Assembly (NCBI GenBank): GCA_965655095.1
Contig: OZ296650.1
Span: 3,162,001 to 3,226,000 of the forward strand
Length of the DNA stretch: 64,000 nt
Reading direction: 5' to 3'
Source of the DNA: Haplodiscus bocki
Taxonomy: Eukaryota
Part shown: positions 1 through 12,702 of the stretch, piece by piece
Layout: each line of letters starts with the position of its first letter
Numbering within the stretch: position 1 is the stretch's first letter
The notes under the pieces: generated by a model
Database searches by the model: none
What the model was told of the DNA's origin: nothing
The model's input: only the letters and a program-made list of their open reading frames with translations
Program-made: the position numbers and the translations under genes

Positions 1-2679
1 TGATTTTTTCAAAAAATGAAAATGTACAGTTAGGTGTTCTGTACTAGACAAATTTATGAAAAAGAAGTTCTGCGCCATGACATTTCATCCACTATGTAAC
101 AATAATGTTCATGCGTTGTCCAAAACATATATAGAATGTTCGATGCTTCCGGAAAATAAAAACATGAGAAAAAGTTACTGGTCATAATCATCATTGAATT
201 GAGACAGTTGTGTTCATAAAATAAACGTCAACCATAAATTATGACAAGATGAAGGCCAATTTGATGGCGGATCAGTACTGATGTCGATTAAATATGTGCC
301 TTCCATTTATGAAGTCGTGAAAGCAGTACTTCGATTCTCTACATTTTGAGATTTTGTCAACATGAAATGTGGTTAGTGGAAGCAACTTTAACAATATGTG
401 GAGGTAACGTGTAGAGTTAAAACGATGCTTCTCTACTGTTGATGTCGGTTTTGAGTGTTTCCGATTTTGAAGATTTTACTGCTCTACAGACCGTTCAAAA
501 ATTGTTTGCGTTTCACAAATTCTGATATCTGAGTTTTTCGGAAGAATATATCTGGTTGGTTTTGAAGCCTACTTATCGGAGTTTTGAACTTCTTTCAAAA
601 TAAGTTTTGATTTTTCTGTGAAAAAATGCTTCTCGTTGTCAAAATAAAATATCCGCCGTTGAGCGAAATATGGCAACGTGTTATTCCTCTGAACTCATGC
701 CGAAGTTAGTTTTTGGATAAAGTGTTTTGATATTTAATCATTATTTCTTTAGCGTCAACTCGACATTGCCAATTTCCCATCCCTCATTTGAACCCTCTGA
801 AATAGATACTTTTCTCATGTCATTCGATCGTTTGAACTTTTCATATTGTGAATCGTGACTCACTGAAGTCTCAACTGACTATGGTCAACATCGTATGGCT
901 TCTGTCGACAAATTGAGCCAATTGTTTTGGGTAATTTTTTTAAATGACGTTTTCGTAGACGAAGAATGCTGGATATTGTTTGTAACAATCGTTGCCTGAG
1001 TACTAGGTGTTCTTCCACAATTTCTGAATTGCAAAGGGGAACTCCGCTGTTATCATCGTACATGAATTGCTAATGTTACTCATGAAGCATGAGAAACGTA
1101 AGAAAAATTGAAAAGTGTACAACATAATCGTAACTTTAAATTTATACCGATGGATCCCAAAGATGATTGGCATTGAACGAACAGGGTCAACGGGCTCCTC
1201 AAATTTGAGCATGTTAATGGTTTTGCTACGGAGGAGAAATTGTTTTCATTAATTTTCTACCCATCTACCGCCTAAAAGCTACAGAGTGTTAACGTGCATG
1301 TTCGCAGAACTACATTACCTATAGGTTTCTGACAAACTTGTTATTGTGTGCGTTATTTCATCGTGTTTTTGCTGGCATTGAAAGTTCTTCATGTTTGTGT
1401 TTCCTGTGAGGTTCGTTTCATTTTCTATGTGAAAAAACCAATCAATCGTTTTTACCATTGTTGGAACGAAATTCAAGATCGAATAACCATAATTCATATC
1501 ATATTTTCAATAGTTTTGACCGCAAAAAATTGCCTTCTCCGACAACATTGTTTGGATTCGGACGCGCTTTGTGCAGATATTACCGAAAAAGCTGCGGAAA
1601 ATACTTATTGATGAAAAGTACTGCCTCAACATTTATAGCAAACTGCGTGTTATCTTTGGCATGGAAGTACCACGCATCTGACTGTGGATCAACTTTGGGA
1701 CGCACTTATCAGAAAACGATTTCTCTTTGACGGAAATTTCAATAACTTTCGGTAAATACTGAATGTTTACATTCTTCAATTGTTCAAATGAAACTTTGAC
1801 AAGGTAAAATTGTTAACATATTTTTTTGCGGGGGAAAAAGACGGCCTCTTGCTGTTTCTTGTTTCAAACTTTCAAAAATCCCATCTGTTTTGTACAATAA
1901 TCAATTTGAATGTTTTATTTTTAGCATATACATAATCGCTGTTGACATTATTGACTGATATTTTATTGATCAACCGCTGCTCTGAGCAATTGTTTTCTCA
2001 ACTAAATCACCCGATTTTTTCAGATTTCATAATTTCCTTATAATGCAATGATTTTGGAAGCCAAGATTTTCCCAAGAGAAAAACAAGATGGTGAGAATCT
2101 TTCAAACATAGTTCTCTAATTTGTTAGACTTTCCGGTTTTCTACATGATGATGTTTTTTTGTGGTATCATTTTTCACGTCATGTCAGACTTCAGTCATAA
2201 ACAAAAGGGCATAATTTCAGTTTGCCTGAATTAGTAGTAAGATCTCAGAAAAACTTTATTTTTTCTCCATTTCTTGCCTCCACATTTTTCATGATTACTC
2301 TTTTCGTGTTAACTTGCAGCCCTGCTAAAGTGCACACTTTTCCGAAACACCTTTGGAAATTCGTATGAGTTCGCTCAACACTCATGCGTTCTCAGTTGGT
2401 TTTTCCAACTGAACCTTGTTGGCTTCTAAGAACGATTGTGATGTGCATTGTAGTCTCTTTCACTGAGGATTGGGGAAAAAACTTTCGAATTCAACGAACT
2501 CGCCGTGTACACTACTAATTGACGGGAGTCCGTAACATCGGGATGCGTTCCACTTGTATGGGTGAACGGAAAATAAATTCTTATATACGATTTTCAAACA
2601 ACACAAGATTCGCAATTAACACTCATTACATCGCCGCCTCTACGAGTAAATACCTGTTTGTTTTCTTTCTCTGATGAAT

Positions 2680-2717
2680 GCCTTGGTTTTGCTTCGTTAA
2701 CTGCGCAAAACCAAGGC
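2680..2717. promoter_or_regulatory. Perfect 13-bp inverted repeat GCCTTGGTTTTGC-N12-GCAAAACCAAGGC upstream of the polyprotein gene (function unknown)
   Basis: Arms read directly; identical arms at the equivalent position in all four large elements. Confidence 0.7.
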
Positions 2718-2897
2718 CCACATTGCATATATTTTTCTGGATACTGCTTTTTTCGAATTCATTAGATGCTACCGTTAATTGAACAGTTTGAAAGTTTTGT
2801 ACGTTGGTCCCATAATGGCGCCCACTCTTTACAATGTATTCACTATTGAAGATGATTTATTGATAAACTTTTGCGCGAAGTTTCTTGTGAAAGAGTA

Positions 2898-5800
2898 ATG
2901 CCATCTGGCAAGAATGATTTGAAAAGACGTCGCTGTGCAAAATGTGGACGCTTCAGTGAACGTAATCACTCCTGTCCAAATAACACCGACAATGTTTCTT
3001 CAACTAGCGAACCATTAGGAATTTTGTACAGTATACCTGACAGTAATTTGCTGGTCTCCTCTGTTGATGCCCTGCACTTAGAATCAACGTTGGAAGCGAT
3101 GGGACTATCCTGTTCCCCAACAAGCGGCATAATTGGGAATAAAACTAACATTCGCCTCAGTTCTGTTCAACCCTCGCACAGTCTTTCTATAACGGGTGAT
3201 GGTAATTGTCTTTTCACTGCCCTGGGCGTTGCCCTCGGTTTTTCTCATGAAAGTGGTCATGATTTGAGGAAACTTATTGTGAGTAACATGGACTCGGTGA
3301 CTTTTCCGGAAAACAGTTTGCAAACCTCAATCTATTCCGCTGAGTTCCCCAACCAGAACAAACTTCTCACGAGCCCAACTGTCAACCACTACCTGCAGAC
3401 ATCGCGAATGGCAGAAAATGGAGTTTTTGGCACTTGTGCGGAAATTTATACCTTTTGTCAAATTTTTAAATTGGACGTTTATGTATACCACAATATTTTG
3501 AAAAGTTGGTTCGTTTACAAATGCGACTGCTCAAATGACAGACAAGGAGTTTTCATTCAACAAACGCCAACTGGAGATCACTTTGAGGTAATTAGTGGCT
3601 TGACTGAAACATGCCACACTTCATTACTCCTATCAGAAGATTTAGCTGGTTCGAGTAGTCAATGTGGAAATTCAGCAATGAATACTGACTGCCACGTAAT
3701 CCAGACAGCACTTGAAGCACTTGATGAAACTGAGCCCTTGCAGAAGCGCAGACGGACTTCAGATTATCCAGTCGGCACACATTTGATCGACATTGGAGAA
3801 ACTAATACAGCTGTGACATCTTTTTGTTTGGCGGAAGCTCTTTGTGGTGCAGAAAATACTACAACGCAAAAAGGAGGCCAACCTCCAACTGCTGTGGAAC
3901 ATCGACAACATCAATTTCACAGATTGCCTGGAGGTGAGTTGACTGATGAGATTTTCCTGAATATAACTGAAAACTTTGTACCACCACCGAAATCGACTGA
4001 AGAATCAACCGTTGAAATCGAGTCAAAATTGGTTGTGACAGATACTGTCGATGCTGCCAACATTTGTTGCAAGTGCATGCGTCAAGCCACGGTATATTTT
4101 CCGTTCGACATTAAGGCCTACGGCAAAGTTGGATTGGTTAATAGAAAGTTCGGCAAAAAGCTGAAAAACGAAAATGTACATCTGTGTTGTTTCTGTTATA
4201 ACTATTGTACTGCACCAAAGGTTAACTGGCAAATGGCTTGGCCAGCTGTTTTTTTCACGCTCCTTTCTGATACTTCCAGACCCGAAGCTTCTTTAGTCGC
4301 TATTTGCTCGCTGTTACCCCTGGAAATAAGGCAACATTGGCTAGGGGTAATTACCCTTTTCCCTATCTGCATCCAGCGTGTTTTAAATCGGCCGCGTATT
4401 CTTGGCACTTGTACTGTTGATGGAACACAGAGATTGAAACGTTTCGAGCAACTAATGAGAACAATGAGACAAAAAGAAATGGCTGAAGCTTTGGACTTGG
4501 AACCGTATCCAAACATACGTTGCCCTTTTGGTTGTTGGACGTTTATCGAAGATCCTGGGTACATACCAGCGCAGCATTTTATAAACTTGATCGACAGAAC
4601 TTTCACATCATTCCAAGCGTCTGCATTCAAAAAACTCAGAGGCGCCAGACTCGACTTTTTGCGCCCTTTGATGTGTTTAAAAACGTTTCTAGGGGCTGCC
4701 ACAGTGCGGTTACATGAGAAAGAATGTTTGGTTGTGCAAACTTGTTCTGCGCATGACAGGGGATGTGCGTTACAGTTCTTGCATCCTCCCAGGCATCCGG
4801 AGCTGGGACGAATTCCAACTTTGTTTGAGGAACGATTAGCCATTGCATCACCTTCATTGTCGTTTGTGAGTAGCTTAAAGGCTAATTATGCTAGCCACAC
4901 CTATCAACTGTTTCGGAGCGTTGGGTCTTATAGTGGTATGAGTACTGTTTCATTGAGACGTAAACGGCGTTGGAACATCACTAGCAACCGTTTGTTCCAA
5001 GCTGAAGGAACCGCCATGTTTTTCAGGTCAGATATTCCCATTTTAATTGGACAATGGGTTGTTGAAGGTAAATTGATTGAAGATGTCGCCACTGATCTCT
5101 CTCAATATCAGCCGGAAAATGAAAAAATGGCGGAGCATGTCGGCGTAGATCTTGACACCTGCATTCGATTGACGAAGGTGATGGACAAAAACGAACAAGA
5201 ACTTTTGAGTAATGTGAAATTTCTTCAGTGCTACGCTTTGGCTCAACCAAACAATGAACATGGTTGCTCACCTCCTCCTCTGATCAATGATACTGGCGAT
5301 ACACTCTGGTTTCTTCAAGCAGCATGCTGCATATCTCCATTTTTATGTTCATCCATGGTGTCTGGCGTTAATCACGTTTTCGCAACAAATTTGTTTTCAC
5401 TGTTGCGTCATACATTTGCTGGGTTTGGAAAAGAAAGCAAGTTGCAGCGTATTTCACAAGCTCAAGCTGACATTGACACTATATTGAATAACGCGGCGAC
5501 TAGCAATGACAAGCCAAACATGATTTCAAACTTTTTTCAGGCGGGTTGCGTGGTGTTGCACGCATTATGTGCTGATTTATGCCATCTTCAGTTGAGCCAA
5601 AGAAAAGAATTAACTGAGAAAATTCTGCGCGACGTTACCGTGGATACGAAACACGTGATCGCTACAACAACTGATGTAAATAATCTGAGGAACAAGGTCA
5701 ACCCACCTCTCAACGTCTTCCTATTTGATGTCCAAGTTGAGCTTGTGGGATGTGGTTGTGGTTCTCGGGGTACAGATGCTGTAATTTTGCTTCGGCACGG

Positions 5801-8800
5801 TGGTCGCTTCTGCAATTTTTGGCGTATAGTGAAAGCTAACAAGTTTGCTGAACCTTTGTTGGACTCACCTGAGACCTTACTAGAAAAAATTCTACGAGGC
5901 TACTGGACTTTTTTAATCTACCGAGGAACTAACTCTAAAAAGGTGTCGACTGTAAAGTGGCACTATCTTAGTAATTTAACCGGTCAAGGATTTTTCATTT
6001 GTGACAAACATGATGTTCCGTTAACGAGGGACTTCCGACGTAGCAACTACTTCTGTGGATGTGGAAGGTCATCATTCCTCAGATGTGCCTACTCAAAATG
6101 CAACAGTTGTGTGTGTAAGAAACACTTCGACGAGGGAATGAAACATCCAAACTTACGAGTTTTAGTTCGACCTACAGCAGAACAAAAATTAACGCCTGAA
6201 AAACCGACCGCTGAAGCTGCAATCATTGCTACACAGTGTGAACTGAATTCCAACTTAGGTAGTTTATGTGAGCAGGACAAAAGCGTTGTTGAACCAGATC
6301 TATCCATCAACTGTTCAAGTCAAAACTCAAGTTCATCATCAATAGCTTCTTTTTTGTGCAACAACATGAACGCAAACTCGATCAGCGAAAGTGAATTGGC
6401 GATGAATAAATTGAACTTGTGTTCCGGTGAAAGGGCCATTGTTGCTGTACAAGAGGCTTTCAGAGAAGAAGACTACAATATTCCTCTCCACATACTGTTG
6501 AATTCTCGATGCAACTTACTGTACAGGAAAAAAAGTCATCCCATTTCCCTGACCGTTAAGGAGAAACGTTTCATGGAAAACATTACAGCTTCTTCAACAT
6601 CATCAACGCCTTTGCTTCAACCGGAAGGGCTGCTTTTTCCTTCTATTTTCTGGTCCCAAAGTTACGATGGCAGCATTGATGGAGCAATTCCAATATCCCT
6701 GTTCCAATCCGAAAGATACAACAAACAAGTGGGGTTTGCAGGGTTAGAGAACATGCTACGAACTCGCATCACTGATGGGTCGCTTTTAACCTCCAGTCAC
6801 ACATCATATCTTCAGTTCGTTTTTGACTGTCTTTTAAACTTACAACTGAGTAAAACTGATATTCGAATTGTGTTGAACAGAGGCTGGCAAGAATTGGGCA
6901 GTACGCCTACTAATTACCAGTACTTTTCCGATGAAACGTTCAAGTTTGATTGTGCAGAATCCCGGAAGAATGTGTGCGAAGCAGCAGCACTCATTAGAGA
7001 TAAAAACCCCACTTATTTTGTAACATACACATGTGGGCAATCTACTCACCCTGGCTTGCGGAAAATTTTTCAGGCTATTGACAAACTTTACCCGCCCGAT
7101 ATGACATCCAAAGAACTGAGATTATCTGTAATACAAAGTGAATTAATGCCTATGCTTAGATGTTGGCATCGCGCCTCACAGTATGTAATGCAATGGTTGA
7201 AATGTTCGGCCGAGCAACCTTTGGGACCAATCTCTCACTTATGGATGAGATACGAGTGGCCAGACGAAACTTCGGCCTTTCCACACATCCATGCACTAGT
7301 GTGTACCGGAGAAAACAAGTTTGGTCCGGAAGTGCAATCCCGAGTCTGCTGTTCAAAAGAAACATTCATGGGCGCCTTAAGGAAATGCTGTCCAGCGTTA
7401 TCGGATAGCGAACGGTTCCGGTTGGGAGAAATTTTCCAAAAATACCAACGGCACGATTGTGGCAAGGGAAAAAATAGATGTAAAAAGAAAACTGATTGGT
7501 TGGGAAAGCCAGTGTGTAGGGTACCTAAATATCCTGCATCAGTTGGGTTCTCTTTTAAAGAAATACAACCTAATTACTCGAAAGAAACTTGGGACTTGTT
7601 GAGAAACATGAAATTGTCCTATATTGACCCTAACTCTTCAACAGACAAAGTTGAAGAAGAACTTAAAGCTGGAAAACATCACTACCCTGCTGCTTACAAT
7701 GAACACATGTCACCAACAAATGCTGCGTTGTTTGCTTTCACGGAAAGCAGTACGAACGTCCAAATTTGTGACGACGAAATGTGTTCACGATACGTTGCAA
7801 AGTATGCTGCCGGTGTGGAAGGTCGGGCGTTCACAAAGATATTAGCCTCTGCTGGTGAGAATGAAGTGAAAGTCCAAACAGAACCTATTGTGAACGAAAA
7901 AATCGCCGGAGTCCAAACCAGCGTTACCAAAAAACGTCAGGATGATGATAAACGCAAATCTGTAACGGGCAGAATTGTTAGCATAACTGAATGCTTGTGG
8001 TAGGCTTTGCAGTTGCCGTACGTTTGCACAAACATAGATTTCATTCATGTACCAACAGTTCCCAAAGAGTTCAGATCAGGAATAGTGATTGAAAAAAAAA
8101 TTGCGAGCACCATGAACTTCAGTGCTGTTTTTGCCGAAGCTGTTCGAATTCGGAAAAACTTTCTGAAGCTTCCAAAACATCGACAATTAACAAAAAATCA
8201 AGAATTGTTGTTGGCAGATGTGGAAGCGAGTTCAATTACGCCTGACAAAGTGACCATTTTTGGCCTGAGACCACCGGAGCTTCTGTTTGTCAGCAGTTTG
8301 AAAAGTTATTTCAGTTGGTTCGTTAGATTCAAATACAACATTTTGAAAGGGAAAAGTAGTCATGAGATTTTGTTGAGCCGTGCATCGTGTAATGATTTTT
8401 GGGTTGATTGCCTTGGATACGTAATCAAGATACGCCCACCCGCTATCTTTGATTTTCTTGATTTTTGTGCAACAAGAAGTGGTAACCCGAGGGACGAATT
8501 TTTGAAAGAGGAGTGCCGCAAACACATTGTCCCAAATTGCAAGGAGCCAACAGTTGCCCCAGACTAGTGGCGTACAATCTTTGTTTCTCAGATCAAAAAG
8601 CCATAGTGGTTTTCACAAATACTCTGCCCAGTAGTCCAACAAAGTTCTTGTTGCACTTTGTGCTAACATTTGGTTCGTTTGACACCGAACTGGACATTCT
8701 CTCTGTTTCATCTCTCGGGGAATCTTTTGTAGCTGCCAAACTGGTGGAGCGTAACAACATTACTGTATCAGTCGTCCGTCTACTAGCTCGCCGGTACCTT

Positions 8801-10996
8801 TTGCAACAGCTCCGCTTTGTGCCAAGATCCTCTAAACTCATAGACAAGTTTTTGTTGATGGCAAACAGCGTTCTAGGAGAGGCACTGTTAGAAAACAATT
8901 TGTATTTTGCATCCGGGGTACCAGCTGTCTTAGATCGCACTATTTCTGCCGACTCCGAAGAAAATGTTGCTGTAGATTTGACAATGAACAAGAGTAGATT
9001 GGTGGAGTTCTTACACACATGTCAAATGGGACTTCCAAGCGAAGAAAGTATGATAGATGCTTCTGTAACTGCACCCGTTGCTTGGAAACCCGACTTTGGT
9101 AGACATCCTAGCCAGACAGTGAAGTCGTACTGTGAACAGACTAAGATTTTGAAACATTTAGTTGAAATCGTGGACCTGTACAGAGGAGGAACACAAAATT
9201 TCGTCAGACATCAAATCATTGCAGGGGCACCAGGAACGGGAAAAACGTTCATCATGTTGAGAGCTCTGAGTTATGCAATATGTCAAGGACTCAATTGCAT
9301 GGTAACTTCGCTGGCGGCCGAAAGGTCGGCTGCTTTAGCTGGCAAGCATCTGAACGCTCTCATTCCTTTCCCGGTGGAAAAAAAAGGAACTGTTAATTCT
9401 TTGTCTCGAGTAGCTTTGTCCAGCTTGCAGAAGTCACCGGACAAAAGTCGGTTACTCCAGAATTTGGATGTATTGTTCGTTGAAGAGATTTCGATGATCT
9501 CTAGTGAACTTTGGGCGGCCACGGACCACGTTTTCCAAATCATCTGCTTGAACTACGTGCCATTTGCTGGGAAACTAATCATTGCCACAGGAGATTTTTT
9601 TCAACTTCCTCTACCAAAAGGAAGTTGTCTGATCAGTTCTTCATTCCCTTTAACAACTTTTCATTTTAGTTTCCTCCAACACTTTGTGCGTATGCAAAAT
9701 GAAACAGGTCAGAAAGTTTTGTCACTCATGTCAACTTTTCCCAGAACAACTGCCATGGGAAAGCAAATTTGGAATTTGATCGAGCGAAATTGCAATTTCG
9801 TAGAATGTTGGGATGACGTACCAAATGATGCAATTCGAATTTTTGCTACTCGCAAAGCAGAAAGATAAGCGACGTTGAAAAAAATTAATCAAGTGAAAGA
9901 CAGCGGTTCCCAGTTCCATGAAAGTTCATCGACAGATGAAATGTGCGTGTCAAGTACGGACAACTGGATAGAAGCTTCTGGAGCGGTAACAAAGTTTCTA
10001 AACAAGAAATGTTTGGAGCCACAATCGTTGTTTCTGTTCCCCGGAGCAATTCTCCGACTCACCGTGAACAAGCCAAATGTGATGGCTTTCCAAGGACAAC
10101 TCTGTGTTTTGGTCTCCCTGGACTCATTGGCTGACAACGGAACAGTAACTGTTGCCTTGGCACCTGCTGGTTGCCGATCTATTCCACCAGTCTCTGTAAT
10201 ACGAAGTACCTGGAGATGTATTGTCCTTACAAAAGAAATTGGAGTGAACATTCGTCTAAACCACAGGACTATTTGTCGCAGAATCCAATTCCCCCTCAAA
10301 TTGTACGTGGCGTCAACTATTCATAAAACTATGGGCGAAACACTCCCAACAGTTGCTACGCAGATTGTTGGAGCTCAAGAGTTTTCGCTTTGGTTGCCAG
10401 AGCAACTATACGTAATAATGAGTCGTGTTCGATCACTGGTGGACATCACTTTCGTGGGATCGAAGCAGTCCAACGAAGGAGCCATCCTGAGTTTGCTGAG
10501 TAAAAAGTCACAGTGGTCGGAGCTGAGTACCGAAATCCTCCAGAAGTGTTCTTCCCGTGACCCAACGATCTTCCATGGTGCTACAAACCCTTTTCCATCA
10601 ACCATCAGTATACCGCAGGAGAATGTTGGCTACTGTTACCTTATTCAGAGCGTCCCCCAAAACAACTTGTTATATATTGGTTCAACAATGTGCCTCAATC
10701 GACGAATTCGTGAACATAATGTTGGCTTGGGAGCATCATTCACACAGGATCCCTCTCGAAGACCTTGGGTTTTGTGTGCTTACGTGACTGGTTTTCTTGC
10801 AAGCAGCTCAATGGAGAGAATAGGGTTTTTTGAAAAACGGTGGCTTGAGGCAGTTACTAAAGTGCTTAACTTGAGGAAGAAGTACATCTCCCTCCCGAAT
10901 GCATTGTCAACAGCAGAAAACTTAATCATAAATTGGCCTCATAAAGAAGATGTCTTGAAATTGGTAATTTGCTGTAATCAGCCCATATTACTTTAG
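2898..10996 (+). pseudogene. Disrupted OTU-Rep(HUH)-Pif1 helicase-GIY-YIG polyprotein, copy A1
   Basis: ORF pieces 2871-8003, 8007-8567, 8513-9868 and 9875-10996 are collinear with the intact B1 protein. Motifs: GDGNCLF...HF (OTU), PTYFVTYTC / RYEWPDETSAFPHIH / YVAKY (Rep), GAPGTGKT / VEEISM / GDFFQLP / TIHKTMG / QLYVIMSRV (helicase), GYCY..LYIGST..RRIREHN (GIY-YIG). Lesions: TGG>TAG at 8001, a 1-nt deletion near 8530 and TAA at 9866. Confidence 0.9.
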
Positions 10997-11410
10997 TACC
11001 TTAGAGAAACACTAACAAACTACTTATCAAATGCTTTGCCGACTGTGAAATGTGACGAACTGAATGCTTTCTCACAAAAAAACCTGAAGTTCATTATTTA
11101 TTCAACACATGAAATGAATTTTTAAACGTCCAACGTATATCTTCAATGTCCCCGGTGGTTTCCAGAGGTGCACGTATGAAGTTTTTCGTATGTGTGTTTT
11201 TGCTTTTTGTTGCGTTCAAAGAACGCTGAATTTGTTAATTCTAAATGTTGTTTCTCTTGCTAATTACAACAATTCAATTGTTCGATTTGTGATGTCTTTG
11301 AGAGTAGTCAGCAGAATATTTAGCCAACGTACTCTTTTCCATTGAGTTTAACGTTTAAGTAAGTTTAATAAAAAACTTTCTCGAAATTATTCATTTGCGG
11401 AAAAGAATTT

Positions 11411-11457
11411 GCTGCACTTTTCCATGCTGCACTTTTCCATGCTGCACTTTGCTGCAC
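11411..11457 (+). repeat. Short tandem expansion of GCTGCACTTTTCCAT
   Basis: About three copies in A1; a single copy at the equivalent site in A2 (~45394). Confidence 0.8.
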
Positions 11458-11936
11458 AACATGCTTTTTGGAACCTTAAAATAGGTACATTAGGTTTTCA
11501 TAAACTGCACCTTAACAATGAACGTTCCTGATTGCCCACTGTATTTAAAGTTGATTGATTAGTAATTTTAACTTTTTGCACTGCATTTTTAGCGTATGCT
11601 TGTCGAACACTTTCTTTTTTGTTTGTCCTAATAACGATATACTCCAGATAATGTATGATGAAAGCCCTGTACTTCTTCCTGTTTCGAGCGCAAGGTGAAA
11701 CACTTGGTAAAACGATAATTATATACCAAAAAGCAGACATACTCAAATGAGCAAATAAATATTTAGAGCTTTTTGAACAAAGTTTTTTTCAGCTCTTGCG
11801 TTTTATACTCCAACATAATGCTAATGACAGTTGTTTTGTGTGTTCCATCATAGTGTACCTATGCTGTTGGAATCATTATTTGTCGTTTTTTTGTCTTCGC
11901 CCCTTGTCGTTGCTTTTCAATGTTCTGCAGATCGAA

Positions 11937-12702
11937 ATGAAACATCTTATCATAGCTGATTCTCTTGGAAGAAGACTTGCCAGGAAGCACGAAAACCTGG
12001 AAGTGAAGTTCTTCCCTGGTGCCACGGCATCTTGCCGTGGGGTAATTGACTGTTTAAGAAACCTAACAACGTTTTATGAATCAATCATTCTGTTCATCGG
12101 GGGAAATGGACTTACAAGCCGGGGCAGACAACGGGGAAAGAGTCCTGAGCAAGTGAGTAATTTATTCAACACAATGTCAAATTGCTTGCGACTGAAAACG
12201 TTTTAGAAAAATACTGGTTGCAACATCAGGGTGCATTGTGTATGAGTCGATACGCGGGCAATATTTCCCTGCGAAAACATTTTCCAATTAATGACCAGAG
12301 CTTCAAATGCAACTGAAAGTATTTTCTTTTTTTTTTCTCCAAAATTTGAAGAAAGTTGAACAAAATCAGACGAAGTGCATCTTCAGCTATAAAAAATTTG
12401 CTAACTCTTAGGTGGTTCGAGACATTATGTACCTCGTGCGTCTGGCCACTCCAATGTGTTACAGAGTATACTGTCTGGCTCTAGTCATGAGATCCGAACC
12501 TTGCTTCCTAGATATCAAAAGGGTGAACGATGGACTCAGAAACTCTTCGGGTCAATACAATTTTGTGTCGGTTGCTAGCAAAATGAGCTCCGAGAGGAAT
12601 TTGATGGATGGCTTGCATTTATCTCGTCACGGTGTTTCCAACTTGATGTACATTCTAAGGAAAAGAGTTTTGGGTACTGTACTACGTTTTTCTGACCTGT
12701 GA
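11937..12702 (+). CDS. Two-exon SGNH/GDSL-like hydrolase, 168 aa (exons 11937-12152, 12412-12702)
   Basis: Blocks IIADSLG, FPGA, IGGNG and DGLHLS. Phase-0 intron GTGAGT...CTAACTCTTAG joins ...SPEQ to VVRDI...; same intron position in family B. Confidence 0.85.

Noticed and set aside
8001-8003. Programmed readthrough or frameshifting, or separate Rep and helicase genes
   Set aside because: Stops and frameshifts fall at different places in each copy and are absent from B1, so they are ordinary inactivating mutations or sequencing errors.
2966-10787. Many 60-213 aa ORFs antisense to, or out of frame within, the polyprotein genes (likewise in the other copies and in ORF3)
   Set aside because: Shadow ORFs of long coding frames, with no recognisable motifs and variable boundaries between copies.
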